Positions 1-8,061 of a stretch of DNA of 40,027 nt are shown one piece after another; positions within the stretch are counted from its first letter, which is position 1; every line of letters starts with the position of its first letter. Source of the stretch: a virus; IMG/VR virus record IMGVR_UViG_3300045988_104662. One strand, 5' to 3'. The position numbers and the translations under genes are program-made. The notes below the pieces were generated by a model. That model was not told where the DNA came from and ran no database searches. It worked only from the letters and a program-made list of their open reading frames with translations.

Positions 1-119
1 ATGGTGGTTAACGGGAGCAACTTTCCCATAAAATAAAAACAGGCCATGAAAACGGCTTCATTCCAACGATTTCAAGACATGCATCCACTCTTTTGAGATG
101 GAAACCTAAAGAAAAAAAG
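1..119. repeat. Terminal direct repeat, copy 1 (identical to 39909..40027)
   Basis: Bases 1-119 match the last 119 bases letter for letter. The window begins and ends exactly on the repeat, as expected for a circular contig written with an end overlap, or a short DTR. Confidence 0.9.
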
Positions 120-208
120 CGAATCAAAAACACTTCTGAGGTAGTCTAGGAGTGGTATTTCAAGTGGTACCACCAATCACGAAAAGACACTGAAAAAGGA
201 AGACGGAA

Positions 209-1486
209 GTGCGCAGGTTCGGCAAGATCGTCGTCAAACCAAACAAGACCAATCCCAAATACCTCGAGGCGTCATATCCGACCCCGGTCGAGGCGTTCGA
301 CCAATGGCCGGGACTCCCGATGCGGCAGACCACCACCTTCCCACTCACGCAGGACGGACGCGACGACGCGGCCGCATGGCTCGCCTCCGCGCGCAAGAGG
401 ATCGAGGCCGGAGTCTGGCAGCCGGAGAAGATACGCCGCAAGCAGGAGAGTGAGAAGGCCATGACCTTCGCCGAATACGTCGACAAATGGAACCTCCACC
501 GCGCGAAATCCGGCGACCTGCACGAAGCCACCAAACGCCTGTCGGAACGCTACGCCCGAATCCTCTGCCGAACCTTCGGCGACATGCCGATCAGCCGCAT
601 CAGCCACAAGGACATCCAAGCCTACTCGGACTCGCTCGTCGGTGCCGTCACGCACAACGAACGCCGGTCCAGACTTGTCTACCTCAAGCAGATCCTCACA
701 GCCGCGGCGAAACCGGACGTTGACGGACACTCCATCATCCAGCGCTCGCCATTCGACATCAAGATACCGGCGTTCCACCAAAGCGAGGGATCCGCGCCGG
801 CGACGCCAGAAGAACTCCGGATCATCCACGACGCCATGCCCGAACACCTCCGCCTCGCCATCACGCTCGCCATCGCCGCGGGAGGCCTGCGCATCGGAGA
901 GGTCTGCGGACTGCAAAGGCAGGACATCGACATCGAACGCCACACCATATCCATCCGACGCACCAGGCTCGACGACATCCCGGGCATCATCGTCGGCGAC
1001 ACGAAGACACCCGGCAGCCGCCGGACCGAACCGCTGCCGGAATCCGTCATCCCGGAAATCGAAGAACACCTCCGCAAGTGGGTCCAGGACGGACCGGAGG
1101 CATGGATCTTCCGCGACATCCGCGACCTTCGCGCCGGCCGCGGCGCTATCCCAATCACATGCAGCGGACTCAGATACCGCTTCCGCCTCGCCCGCCGCGA
1201 AGCAGGCCGCGCTGACCTCAGATTCCACGACCTGCGCGCCACGGCGCTCACCATGCTCGCGCAACAAGGCGCCACCGTCCGCGAACTCATGGCCGCCGCC
1301 GGCCACACCACACCGACCATGGCCATCCACTACCAGCGCACCACCGAAAAAAGACGGAGGGCGCTCGCCGACAAGGTGGCCTCCACGCTCGATCCGGCCA
1401 CGGCGTCGAAGGCGTCCGAGCGCGACCAGGAAATCGCCAGGCTGCGCGCGCGGCTCGCCGAACTCGAGGCGATGGGGGAGAATTAG
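209..1486 (+). CDS. int: Tyrosine-type phage integrase
   Basis: 425-aa ORF with a GTG start and an AGGAAG RBS about 7 nt upstream. Catalytic boxes present: RIGEVCGL, HDLRATALT, AGHTTPTMAIHYQ (R..HxxR..H..Y). Confidence 0.9.
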   Translation: MRRFGKIVVKPNKTNPKYLEASYPTPVEAFDQWPGLPMRQTTTFPLTQDGRDDAAAWLASARKRIEAGVWQPEKIRRKQESEKAMTFAEYVDKWNLHRAKSGDLHEATKRLSERYARILCRTFGDMPISRISHKDIQAYSDSLVGAVTHNERRSRLVYLKQILTAAAKPDVDGHSIIQRSPFDIKIPAFHQSEGSAPATPEELRIIHDAMPEHLRLAITLAIAAGGLRIGEVCGLQRQDIDIERHTISIRRTRLDDIPGIIVGDTKTPGSRRTEPLPESVIPEIEEHLRKWVQDGPEAWIFRDIRDLRAGRGAIPITCSGLRYRFRLARREAGRADLRFHDLRATALTMLAQQGATVRELMAAAGHTTPTMAIHYQRTTEKRRRALADKVASTLDPATASKASERDQEIARLRARLAELEAMGEN

Positions 1487-1489
1487 CGG

Positions 1490-2164
1490 TTATTCGAAAT
1501 CGGCGTCCCCATCGGCGGGACAATGCGCCAGCTCCTCGCCATCAACGGTAAGGGCGAGCATCCAGGTGGGATTATCGCCCTTTTGATGGATCATCGTGTC
1601 CGGGATACTGGTTTCAAAGGTGGCGTCGTCGGTGGAGAGATTCCATCCTGGATACTTGTTGCTGTCATTCGTCGACAGATTCGTTATCTCCCGCTCGGTT
1701 TCGCCGGACTCCGTGAAATCGGTGAGATTCACTTGGTACCAGGTGCCATCGGGATCCTTGACCATGAGCGTGTAGGCGTAGAATTGCTTCGCGTCCAAAG
1801 CCTTGACATTATCGAATCCATCGATTGAGATGCCGAGGTACTGGCCTGTCGTCTCCACTCTCGCCGCCGGCATCAGGTCGGAATCACCATCGCAGAAACC
1901 GGACAACCCACTCGCCAATGAAGTCTCCTCGCCACTGTCGGCGGCAACCCGCGAATCCTGCGAGTCTGAGGCTTGACTATTGGCGCTCGCCGACTTCACT
2001 CCTGCCGTGTATGCGATTGGTGCCGTGGCCAGTCCGGTCGCGAAGACCAGTGCGGTGCAGATGATGGCTGCTGATCCAAAACTTACGTTGCGTTTGGCCA
2101 GCGCCTTGATATTGAGACCCAGCTTATGCGGCTGGCGTATTCTTAGACCATTCTTCGACGACAT
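1490..2164 (-). CDS. Secreted or membrane-anchored hypothetical protein (lysogeny-module moron)
   Basis: 224-aa ORF. The N-terminus is basic, followed by a hydrophobic helix (AAIICTALVFATGLATAPIAY), a Ser/Asp-rich linker and a globular C-terminus. It lies between int and the repressor, and the region looks more AT-rich by eye. Confidence 0.6.
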   Translation of the reverse strand: MSSKNGLRIRQPHKLGLNIKALAKRNVSFGSAAIICTALVFATGLATAPIAYTAGVKSASANSQASDSQDSRVAADSGEETSLASGLSGFCDGDSDLMPAARVETTGQYLGISIDGFDNVKALDAKQFYAYTLMVKDPDGTWYQVNLTDFTESGETEREITNLSTNDSNKYPGWNLSTDDATFETSIPDTMIHQKGDNPTWMLALTVDGEELAHCPADGDADFE

Positions 2165-2212
2165 GGTGTCCCTTTCTTTTCTCTGATGCCCGCTTCCAGC
2201 TTAGATAAGATA

Positions 2213-2245
2213 ACACCCCTGTCGCCACTTTTGCGGCAGGGGTGT
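2213..2245. terminator. Hairpin terminator between the repressor gene and the moron
   Basis: acacccctg (2213-2221) pairs with caggggtgt (2237-2245). T-rich tracts follow on both strands. Confidence 0.55.
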
Positions 2246-2250
2246 GTTGT

Positions 2251-2610
2251 TTAGTCGGACTTCTTTCTGCCCGTGCCGTCCATTGGCTCCGAGAGATAAT
2301 CCGGCACGGCGGCTTGTTGCTGCACGCGCCTGAGCATCTCGCGGCTGAGCTCGAGCATCGTGAATTCCTCGATTGGGTGGACTCCGGCGTTGTGGACTTC
2401 GTCCGGCGTGAGTGTTCCCTGTTCGACAAGCGCTTCGATTGGATTGCGCCCGTACGCACGGGCGATCGTCACGGCATCCTCCGCGGTGAATTCACCCTTG
2501 GTCCATTTGCGGTGGAATGTGGTCATTGGGATACCGGCCTTCATCGCGATCTCTCGATTGCTCGCGCCTTCGGTGATCTCCTGCACCCATTCCTCAAATG
2601 AATTTTTCAT
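2251..2610 (-). CDS. CI-like HTH repressor
   Basis: ATG at 2610 is preceded by AAGGAGGTGAAC. HTH segment NREIAMKAGIPMTTFHRKW. It is divergent from a Cro-like gene across an operator-rich spacer. Confidence 0.7.
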   Translation of the reverse strand: MKNSFEEWVQEITEGASNREIAMKAGIPMTTFHRKWTKGEFTAEDAVTIARAYGRNPIEALVEQGTLTPDEVHNAGVHPIEEFTMLELSREMLRRVQQQAAVPDYLSEPMDGTGRKKSD

Positions 2611-2731
2611 GTTCACCTCCTTTCCAGATTTTCCGTTTATGGAAAATACTGTACCACATCGAGTTGCATATTTTTTCCATCAGTGGTAATTTGTATTCCA
2701 GAAACGGAAAATGTTTGAAAGGACGGATGAC
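2611..2731. promoter_or_regulatory. Divergent lysogeny-switch region with repeated operator half-sites
   Basis: The dyad attttcc-N6-ggaaaat lies at 2628..2647. Further half-sites are tttttcc at 2672..2678 and ggaaaat at 2706..2712. The 11-mer attttccgttt (2628-2638) recurs inverted as aaacggaaaat (2702-2712). Confidence 0.6.
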
Positions 2732-2974
2732 ATGGCAGACGAAAACAAACTGCAAGCTTTGAGAATCTCTCCTGGATTCCTCGACAACCTCCAGAAGGAA
2801 CGCAACCTCAGCCACGAAGCGTTTCTCGCGGCCTGCGGACTCAATCAGCAAAGGTTCGACGAACTGTGCGAAGGCGCCTGCCCCTCGTATCTGGAATTCT
2901 CCAGAATCGTCGACGGATTCGGACTCGCCACCGGAGTCCCCATGGTCCCCGTGGCGCTCGCCGACGCGGCGTGA
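2711..2974 (+). CDS. Cro/XRE-like HTH protein (start at 2711 or 2732)
   Basis: 87-aa ORF with HTH-like segment LSHEAFLAACGLNQQRFDEL. It is divergent from the repressor. The alternative start ATG 2732 has an AGGA about 9 nt upstream. Confidence 0.6.
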   Translation: MFERTDDMADENKLQALRISPGFLDNLQKERNLSHEAFLAACGLNQQRFDELCEGACPSYLEFSRIVDGFGLATGVPMVPVALADAA

Positions 2975-2988
2975 GGGAGACATAGACG

Positions 2989-3198
2989 ATGACCGACGTG
3001 ATGGAACCGCCGAAATACATGATCTGGGTGCCGCTCAAGGAGGCCGCGGAAATGGTCGGGCTCTGCGAGAAGACGCTCATGAAGATGGCGAAGGAAGGCA
3101 AGGTCAAGATCAAACAGCCAAACGGCCCGCACGGCAAGCGCCTCGTCAAGGTCGCGAGCCTGCAGGACTTCGACGCCAAAGCGAAACACGGAATCTGA
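2989..3198 (+). CDS. Excisionase-family (HTH_17-like) DNA-binding protein
   Basis: 69 aa. RBS GAGGGAG. Motif PLKEAAEMVGLCEKTLMKMAKEGKV. Confidence 0.6.
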   Translation: MTDVMEPPKYMIWVPLKEAAEMVGLCEKTLMKMAKEGKVKIKQPNGPHGKRLVKVASLQDFDAKAKHGI

Positions 3199-3218
3199 AA
3201 AACACGGAAGGACACGAA

Positions 3219-3419
3219 ATGAAGGACATCAGGAAAGCCTGCGTCAAAGCAATCTTCGACGACTTTGACCAGCGCTCCGACGCCATCAGGCCTGCCGTCA
3301 ACGGTGAATGGGAGGAGATCGACGCGAGCCGTCCGCTCGGCCACATCGTCGGCTATGTCGACATCTGCGTCGCCGACCTCGTGGACATCGTCGTCGACAC
3401 GATCAACAAGGAGCTGTGA
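3219..3419 (+). CDS. Hypothetical acidic protein
   Basis: 66-aa ORF with a GGAAGGA RBS, tightly packed in the early operon. Confidence 0.55.
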   Translation: MKDIRKACVKAIFDDFDQRSDAIRPAVNGEWEEIDASRPLGHIVGYVDICVADLVDIVVDTINKEL

Positions 3420-3420
3420 G

Positions 3421-3615
3421 ATGAGCTGGATGGACGACGGCGGATTCGAGATCAGGACATTCGACGACAAGGCCGGGGGAGCGATGGCGCAGATGAGCTT
3501 CCGCACCTCCACGGGACACTTCGACATCATCCTCGGCAAGACCGAAGTGCAGCGCATCCGCCGCGAATGCGGACGCGTCATCAAGGAACTCGACCAGAAA
3601 AAGGAACGGAAATGA
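3421..3615 (+). CDS. Hypothetical protein
   Basis: ATG at 3421, directly after the preceding TGA. 64 aa. Confidence 0.5.
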   Translation: MSWMDDGGFEIRTFDDKAGGAMAQMSFRTSTGHFDIILGKTEVQRIRRECGRVIKELDQKKERK

Positions 3616-3869
3616 CCGACAGCGACTTCCGCAACGAAGACGACGCACCCACAGCCGACAAGCCGCGCATGGCGTCCATCCTCCTCCTAGCGCTCGCCGC
3701 GGGCCTGTGCCTGTGGGTGCTGTTCGGCACCGACGCGTGCCACCACCCGCTCGAACACGTCGCGGCCTTCGTGTGGCTGACCATGGCCATCCCGCCCATC
3801 GCGATGGCGTGGGCGGCCGGACGGAGGCCGGATCTGGCCGCCAGGGTCGAGTCCATGCTCGGCGCCTGA
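3612..3869 (+). CDS. Small membrane protein
   Basis: ATGA start/stop overlap at 3612. Two hydrophobic helices: ILLLALAAGLCLWVLFG and VAAFVWLTMAIPPIAMAWAA. Confidence 0.55.
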   Translation: MTDSDFRNEDDAPTADKPRMASILLLALAAGLCLWVLFGTDACHHPLEHVAAFVWLTMAIPPIAMAWAAGRRPDLAARVESMLGA

Positions 3870-3874
3870 CACCG

Positions 3875-4027
3875 GCCGGAGAACAAGGACGGGACCAATC
3901 GGTCCGACGGCGCGTGGCCGAATCCCCTTATCCATTACTTTCCTGCACATTGCGCGGATTGCATACACACGGCCACGACCAATCGGGCATGACGCCCCTG
4001 GAGGTTCGAATCCTCCCTCCGGCACTG
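3875..4027 (+). other. tRNA-like fragment: canonical T-arm plus a 7-bp acceptor pairing, no recognisable D or anticodon arm
   Basis: ggagg-ttcgaat-cctcc at 4000-4016 is followed by ctccggc (4017-4023), which is the perfect complement of gccggag at 3875-3881. It sits in a ~300-bp non-coding gap. gaccaatcgg occurs twice (3894, 3978). Confidence 0.35.
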
Positions 4028-4173
4028 GGATGCCGGCCGTCAACGCCACCCGGCGGCCTTCCCTTCAGCTTCGCCGCACGGGAACGATGGAGTCTTCTCT
4101 CGTCACTTCTCTTCGGGGCTCCAGCGGACGGCATCCGCCAAACGTCGCAACGACGACAGAAAGGACAACGAAA

Positions 4174-4776
4174 ATGCCAAAGGCAAGCGACCAGGAACAG
4201 GCCGAACACTGCGCGACCCCGCGCCGCGACCTGAGCAAAAGCGAGTACACCAGCGCCTTCCGCTGGAGGTCCAGGCGGATCGATTCGAGCGTGGCCGCGC
4301 ATGCGTCGCTGGTGATCGCCAAGAACGACGGTCTCAGCATCGACGAGGCCATCGCCAAGGTGACCGGCGGACGGGTGGACGCCTCGAAGCCCGTGCCGTA
4401 TCCGGCTCCGGAGCGTCATGAGCCGATCGTCGTCACCGCCGAACCCGAGCATGAGCCGCTCGGCGGGGATGGGGATGAGCTCGTGTTCGTCGACTTCGAC
4501 CAGATCCCGCGCGACATGCAGCCCAACAGGACGCCGAATCCGCGTTACTACGGCGTGGCCGAGCAGCTCCGCCGCCACGCCGGCCGCTGGGCATGCGTGA
4601 AGACCTTCGCCGACCAGAAGGACCCGCGCGAACGCGCCCGCCAGATGCGCCAGCGCATCCGCACCGGCAAGCTCGCGGCCTTCCGCCCGCGCGGACGCTT
4701 CGATGCGGTCATCACCACACCGGAACCGGACGGACCCACGCTCGTCTACGCGTCCTGCCGTCCGATGGAGGCGTGA
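4174..4776 (+). CDS. Hypothetical early protein
   Basis: ATG at 4174 with a GAAAGGA RBS. 200 aa. Confidence 0.55.
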   Translation: MPKASDQEQAEHCATPRRDLSKSEYTSAFRWRSRRIDSSVAAHASLVIAKNDGLSIDEAIAKVTGGRVDASKPVPYPAPERHEPIVVTAEPEHEPLGGDGDELVFVDFDQIPRDMQPNRTPNPRYYGVAEQLRRHAGRWACVKTFADQKDPRERARQMRQRIRTGKLAAFRPRGRFDAVITTPEPDGPTLVYASCRPMEA

Positions 4777-4784
4777 GGAACGCC

Positions 4785-5336
4785 ATGGCCGGAGAAACCA
4801 CACTCGCCATCGTCGGCAACCTCGCCGCGGATCCCGAACTGCGCACCACCCAGTCCGGCAAGCAGGTATGCAACGTGACCGTCGCGTCCACGCCACGCAT
4901 CTTCGACAGGCAGACGAACCAGTGGACCGACGGGCAGGCGCTCTTCCTGCGCTGCACCGCGTGGGGGGATTTCGCCACGCACATCGCCTCATCCATGTCA
5001 AAAGGCATGCGCGTCATAGCACAAGGCAGACTCACGCAACGCTCATGGCAGGACGAGCAGGGAGCCAACCACACCGTCATCGAAATGCAACTGGACGAGA
5101 TCGGGCCAAGCCTGCGCTACGCCACCGCGCAGGTCACCCGCATCACCCGCCAGCAGGTCCACCAGCCGCCGACGCCGGGCGGATACACCGGCGGCGCGTC
5201 CTTCGGCGCCACGGCACCGACCGCCGGCCCGCAGGCGCCCGCCACCGACCCATGGGGACAGCCAACCGACGGAGGAGCCACCTTCGGAAGCTTCGGCACC
5301 CCAGGAAGCGAAGCGGAGAAGGAGCCCGAATTCTGA
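4785..5336 (+). CDS. ssb: Single-stranded DNA-binding protein
   Basis: OB-fold N-terminus (LAIVGNLAADPELRTTQSGKQVCNVTVAS...RCTAWGDFA), a Gly/Pro-rich tail and an acidic C-terminus (EAEKEPEF). Confidence 0.9.
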   Translation: MAGETTLAIVGNLAADPELRTTQSGKQVCNVTVASTPRIFDRQTNQWTDGQALFLRCTAWGDFATHIASSMSKGMRVIAQGRLTQRSWQDEQGANHTVIEMQLDEIGPSLRYATAQVTRITRQQVHQPPTPGGYTGGASFGATAPTAGPQAPATDPWGQPTDGGATFGSFGTPGSEAEKEPEF

Positions 5337-5734
5337 TGATCGAAATCGACATCCCGATCGGCAGGCACATCTGGTGGACCCAAAACCGCCGAAGCCGCAC
5401 ATGGGTGACGCCATACCAACGGAAGAAAACCGTCAAACGCATCGCCCACCTCATCTTCCTCGACCACATCAACAGGCATGGAGGCAAGAGGCCGGCGGAC
5501 ACGGAAACCGACTGGCCGGTGCACGTCACCGCCATCATCCATCCGATCACCCACGGCAGATTCGACCCCGAAAACGCCGCGCCAATGGTCAAAGCCATCC
5601 TCGACGCGGGAACCCAGGCCGGCATGTGGCCCGACGACAACGCCAAATACATCATCGGCCCCGACTACCGGCCCGGCACGCCAAGCCCGGACAAGACCAC
5701 CTACCACATCACCATCCGCATCGAACACCAGTAG
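5336..5734 (+). CDS. rusA: RusA-like Holliday junction resolvase
   Basis: 132 aa. ATG overlaps the ssb TGA. RusA-type segment FDPENAAPMVKAILDAGTQAGMWPDDNAKYI. Confidence 0.7.
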   Translation: MIEIDIPIGRHIWWTQNRRSRTWVTPYQRKKTVKRIAHLIFLDHINRHGGKRPADTETDWPVHVTAIIHPITHGRFDPENAAPMVKAILDAGTQAGMWPDDNAKYIIGPDYRPGTPSPDKTTYHITIRIEHQ

Positions 5735-5754
5735 CGGGCACGAAAGGACACGAC

Positions 5755-6717
5755 ATGGCAAACAACGAAGGCTACGCACGCCTGTCCAACGGCCTCTGGC
5801 GCAACACCAAGATCCGCAAGATCGCCAGAAAAGACCCACAGGCGCTCGCCGACTGGATCATGGCCATCAGCTTCTGCAGCGACAAGCTCAGCGACGGCCA
5901 CCTCACCGAGGACGACATGCTTTTCAGCCTCGGCTTCGACGAGGAGTCCATCGGCAGGCTCGTCGGCCTCGGACTGCTCGACCAGGACGATGACGGCTGG
6001 ACCATCCACGGCTACCTCGACCTGCAGAACAGCAAGGCCGACGTGGAGAAATCCAAGGAGGACGCGCGCCAACGCAAGGCGCGCAGCCGCCGCAGGAACA
6101 CCGAAACCACCGAGGACACGCAGTCACGCGTGACCGAAACCGATGTCACATGTGACTCACGCGTGACCTTTAACCAAAACCAAAACCAAAACCAAAACTC
6201 TCTCACTCCTAACGTCGTGAGAGAGTGCGCGCCCGCGAACGAGACCGAGACAGAACGCAGGGAACGCGAGCTCATCGACATGTGGACGCCCACCGAAGCC
6301 CACCAGGGAGTCGCGGACGAACTCGCCGGCAAAGGCCGGCCACGCGTCGACCTCGACGAACTCGCCACCACCTTCCGCCTCAAGCTCCACGCCAAAGGCC
6401 TGAAGCACTACGGCTACAAGGCCACCCTCGACGGCCTCGACAACGCCTTCTTCGAGTGGATCCGCAGCGAATCCCGCCAGCTCGCCGAAGGACGCCCCAG
6501 CCATTCCGGCACTCCGGCCGACACCTGGAAGCCGCACACGCACACCTGGACATGCGGGCACGTCCTCGGCCTCCTCGACCGCACCGCCGCCACCGCCACG
6601 CCGGACGACGCCGCATGCATGCTCGCCGCCCGGCTCAACGACGGACTCGACCCCGCCAAGGCCATGCAGGCGCTCGCCGACGCGGGAGTCGTGGCCCTGG
6701 ACGGAGGCGCGGCATGA
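5755..6717 (+). CDS. Replication/initiator-like protein containing internal repeats
   Basis: 320 aa with a GAAAGGA RBS. The N-terminal domain looks winged-helix-like and the central linker is basic. Palindromes and a hexamer repeat sit inside the ORF. Confidence 0.55.
   Translation: MANNEGYARLSNGLWRNTKIRKIARKDPQALADWIMAISFCSDKLSDGHLTEDDMLFSLGFDEESIGRLVGLGLLDQDDDGWTIHGYLDLQNSKADVEKSKEDARQRKARSRRRNTETTEDTQSRVTETDVTCDSRVTFNQNQNQNQNSLTPNVVRECAPANETETERRERELIDMWTPTEAHQGVADELAGKGRPRVDLDELATTFRLKLHAKGLKHYGYKATLDGLDNAFFEWIRSESRQLAEGRPSHSGTPADTWKPHTHTWTCGHVLGLLDRTAATATPDDAACMLAARLNDGLDPAKAMQALADAGVVALDGGAA
6123..6198. repeat. Ori-like cluster: three GTCAC..GTGAC palindromes plus (aaccaa) x4.5
   Basis: gtcacgcgtgac at 6123-6134, gtcacatgtgac at 6145-6156, tcacgcgtga at 6157-6166, then the tandem hexamer aaccaa at 6172-6198 (encodes NQNQNQNQN). 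Confidence 0.6.
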
Positions 6718-6980
6718 GGGGCAACGGCCACGTGTTCGCGCACGTCGACTGGCGGCGGATGGACGAGGCTCAGCTCGACGGCATGCGGTACGTCGCATAC
6801 ACGCCGACCGGAGTGGTCGACGGACGTTTCGCGCCCATGCCGACGCGCAACGGCCTGCCGATGCCATACCTGGTCGACGAGGCCATCGGCTTCCCGATCC
6901 TCCTGCTGACCGCGCCCGACAGAGACAACATCCTCCTGCCGCCATTCGAATCGATCCTCACGCTCGAACGGAAATCCTGA
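6714..6980 (+). CDS. Hypothetical protein
   Basis: ATGA overlap with the upstream gene. 88 aa. Confidence 0.5.
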   Translation: MRGNGHVFAHVDWRRMDEAQLDGMRYVAYTPTGVVDGRFAPMPTRNGLPMPYLVDEAIGFPILLLTAPDRDNILLPPFESILTLERKS

Positions 6981-6999
6981 ACACCGAAAGGAAAATACC

Positions 7000-7353
7000 A
7001 TGGAAGAACAGAACAAGACCACCGAATCCGGACAGGCCGCGGCCGACCTCGACAAGAGCCTCGCGCGCCTCGAGACCGCCACCAGACTCACCGGCCTCGT
7101 CGTCGAACTGCAGAAGGCGGCCGCCAACCTCGAAGCCTACGCGGCATCGCTCCTCGGATCCGACGACATCATCGTCGACAAGGCCGCCAGCCTCATCCTG
7201 CACCTCAACCGCAAGGTCACCGACAGGGCGCACAGCATGCGCAACGCATGCGAGAACCTCGAACAATCCGACCGTCTCCTCGCCGAGAAGGCCAAGAGGA
7301 AAAGCCTCATGGACCACATCCTCACCATCCTGCTCGACGGAGAGGACGACTAG
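7000..7353 (+). CDS. Hypothetical coiled-coil protein
   Basis: 117 aa with a GAAAGGAAA RBS. Confidence 0.55.
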   Translation: MEEQNKTTESGQAAADLDKSLARLETATRLTGLVVELQKAAANLEAYAASLLGSDDIIVDKAASLILHLNRKVTDRAHSMRNACENLEQSDRLLAEKAKRKSLMDHILTILLDGEDD

Positions 7354-7354
7354 C

Positions 7355-7927
7355 ATGACCACCACCAGCACCAAGCCGGAAGCGCTCCTATGGATCGACG
7401 TGGAGACCACCGGCCCCGACCGCACCACAGCGCAGATCCTCGAAATCGGCATGGCCTGCACCGACAGCACCGCCACCCAGGACTACGGCGCCTTCCACGC
7501 GATCGTCAAACCCGACATCCTCGACATCAGCCGCATCACACCCTTGGCATGGGAGCACCACACAGCCAACGGCCTCATCGCCGAAGTCCGCGCCGCCAGC
7601 ACACGCCAGAACGGCCCAGCCGCCGTAGGCAACGCCGCGGAGGAATACCTCGAATCACTCGAACAACGGTTCCAGCTCGTACCAACCGGCACCAACGTCG
7701 ACTTCGACCTCGGATTCCTCGGACTCCTCGCCATCGACACCAGCCCGCTCAGCTACCGAAAACTCTACCTGACCACCATCAGACGCCTCATCACCATCCT
7801 CGGAGGACCCGACCCCTACGCGACCCACCACGAAGGCCGACACCGCGTCGAGGACTGCATCACCAGAGACATCCACGACTACCGCCACTACCTCGAAACC
7901 ATCCAACTCAAGGACTGCGGCAAATGA
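7355..7927 (+). CDS. DEDDh-type 3'-5' exonuclease (DnaQ/oligoribonuclease-like)
   Basis: Exo I motif LLWIDVETTG, a later TNVDFD motif, and a C-terminal H..VEDC. Confidence 0.7.
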   Translation: MTTTSTKPEALLWIDVETTGPDRTTAQILEIGMACTDSTATQDYGAFHAIVKPDILDISRITPLAWEHHTANGLIAEVRAASTRQNGPAAVGNAAEEYLESLEQRFQLVPTGTNVDFDLGFLGLLAIDTSPLSYRKLYLTTIRRLITILGGPDPYATHHEGRHRVEDCITRDIHDYRHYLETIQLKDCGK

Positions 7928-7943
7928 AACGGAAAGGCGGACG

Positions 7944-8036
7944 ATGGACGGACTCGCCGCATTCATCCTGCTCGCCGCGGTCTTCATCGCATGGCTCGGC
8001 GGAGACCACGACGGCCCTGCGGGACCACGGAAATGA
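7944..8036 (+). CDS. Small hydrophobic peptide (30 aa)
   Basis: MDGLAAFILLAAVFIAWLGGDHDGPAGPRK. A GAAAGG lies upstream. It fills the gap between flanking genes and is below the ORF-track cutoff. Confidence 0.35.
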   Translation: MDGLAAFILLAAVFIAWLGGDHDGPAGPRK

Positions 8037-8061
8037 CACCCCAACCACGAAAGGAAACACA

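Noticed and set aside
1-119. Treating the end repeat as attL/attR of an integrated prophage
   Set aside because: No host-like genes flank it within the window, and the window boundaries coincide exactly with the repeat. The repeat lies in the middle of the int-proximal non-coding region. A circular-assembly overlap is more parsimonious, though this is unproven.
3875-4027. Calling this a bona fide tRNA gene
   Set aside because: Only the T-arm and acceptor pairing are present. No D-arm or anticodon stem-loop could be folded, and the ~150-nt span is twice tRNA length. It is reported only as tRNA-like.
6172-6198. Short tandem repeat considered as a CRISPR or minisatellite
   Set aside because: It is a 6-bp unit with no spacers, and it lies in frame inside a gene. 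No CRISPR-like array occurs anywhere in the window.
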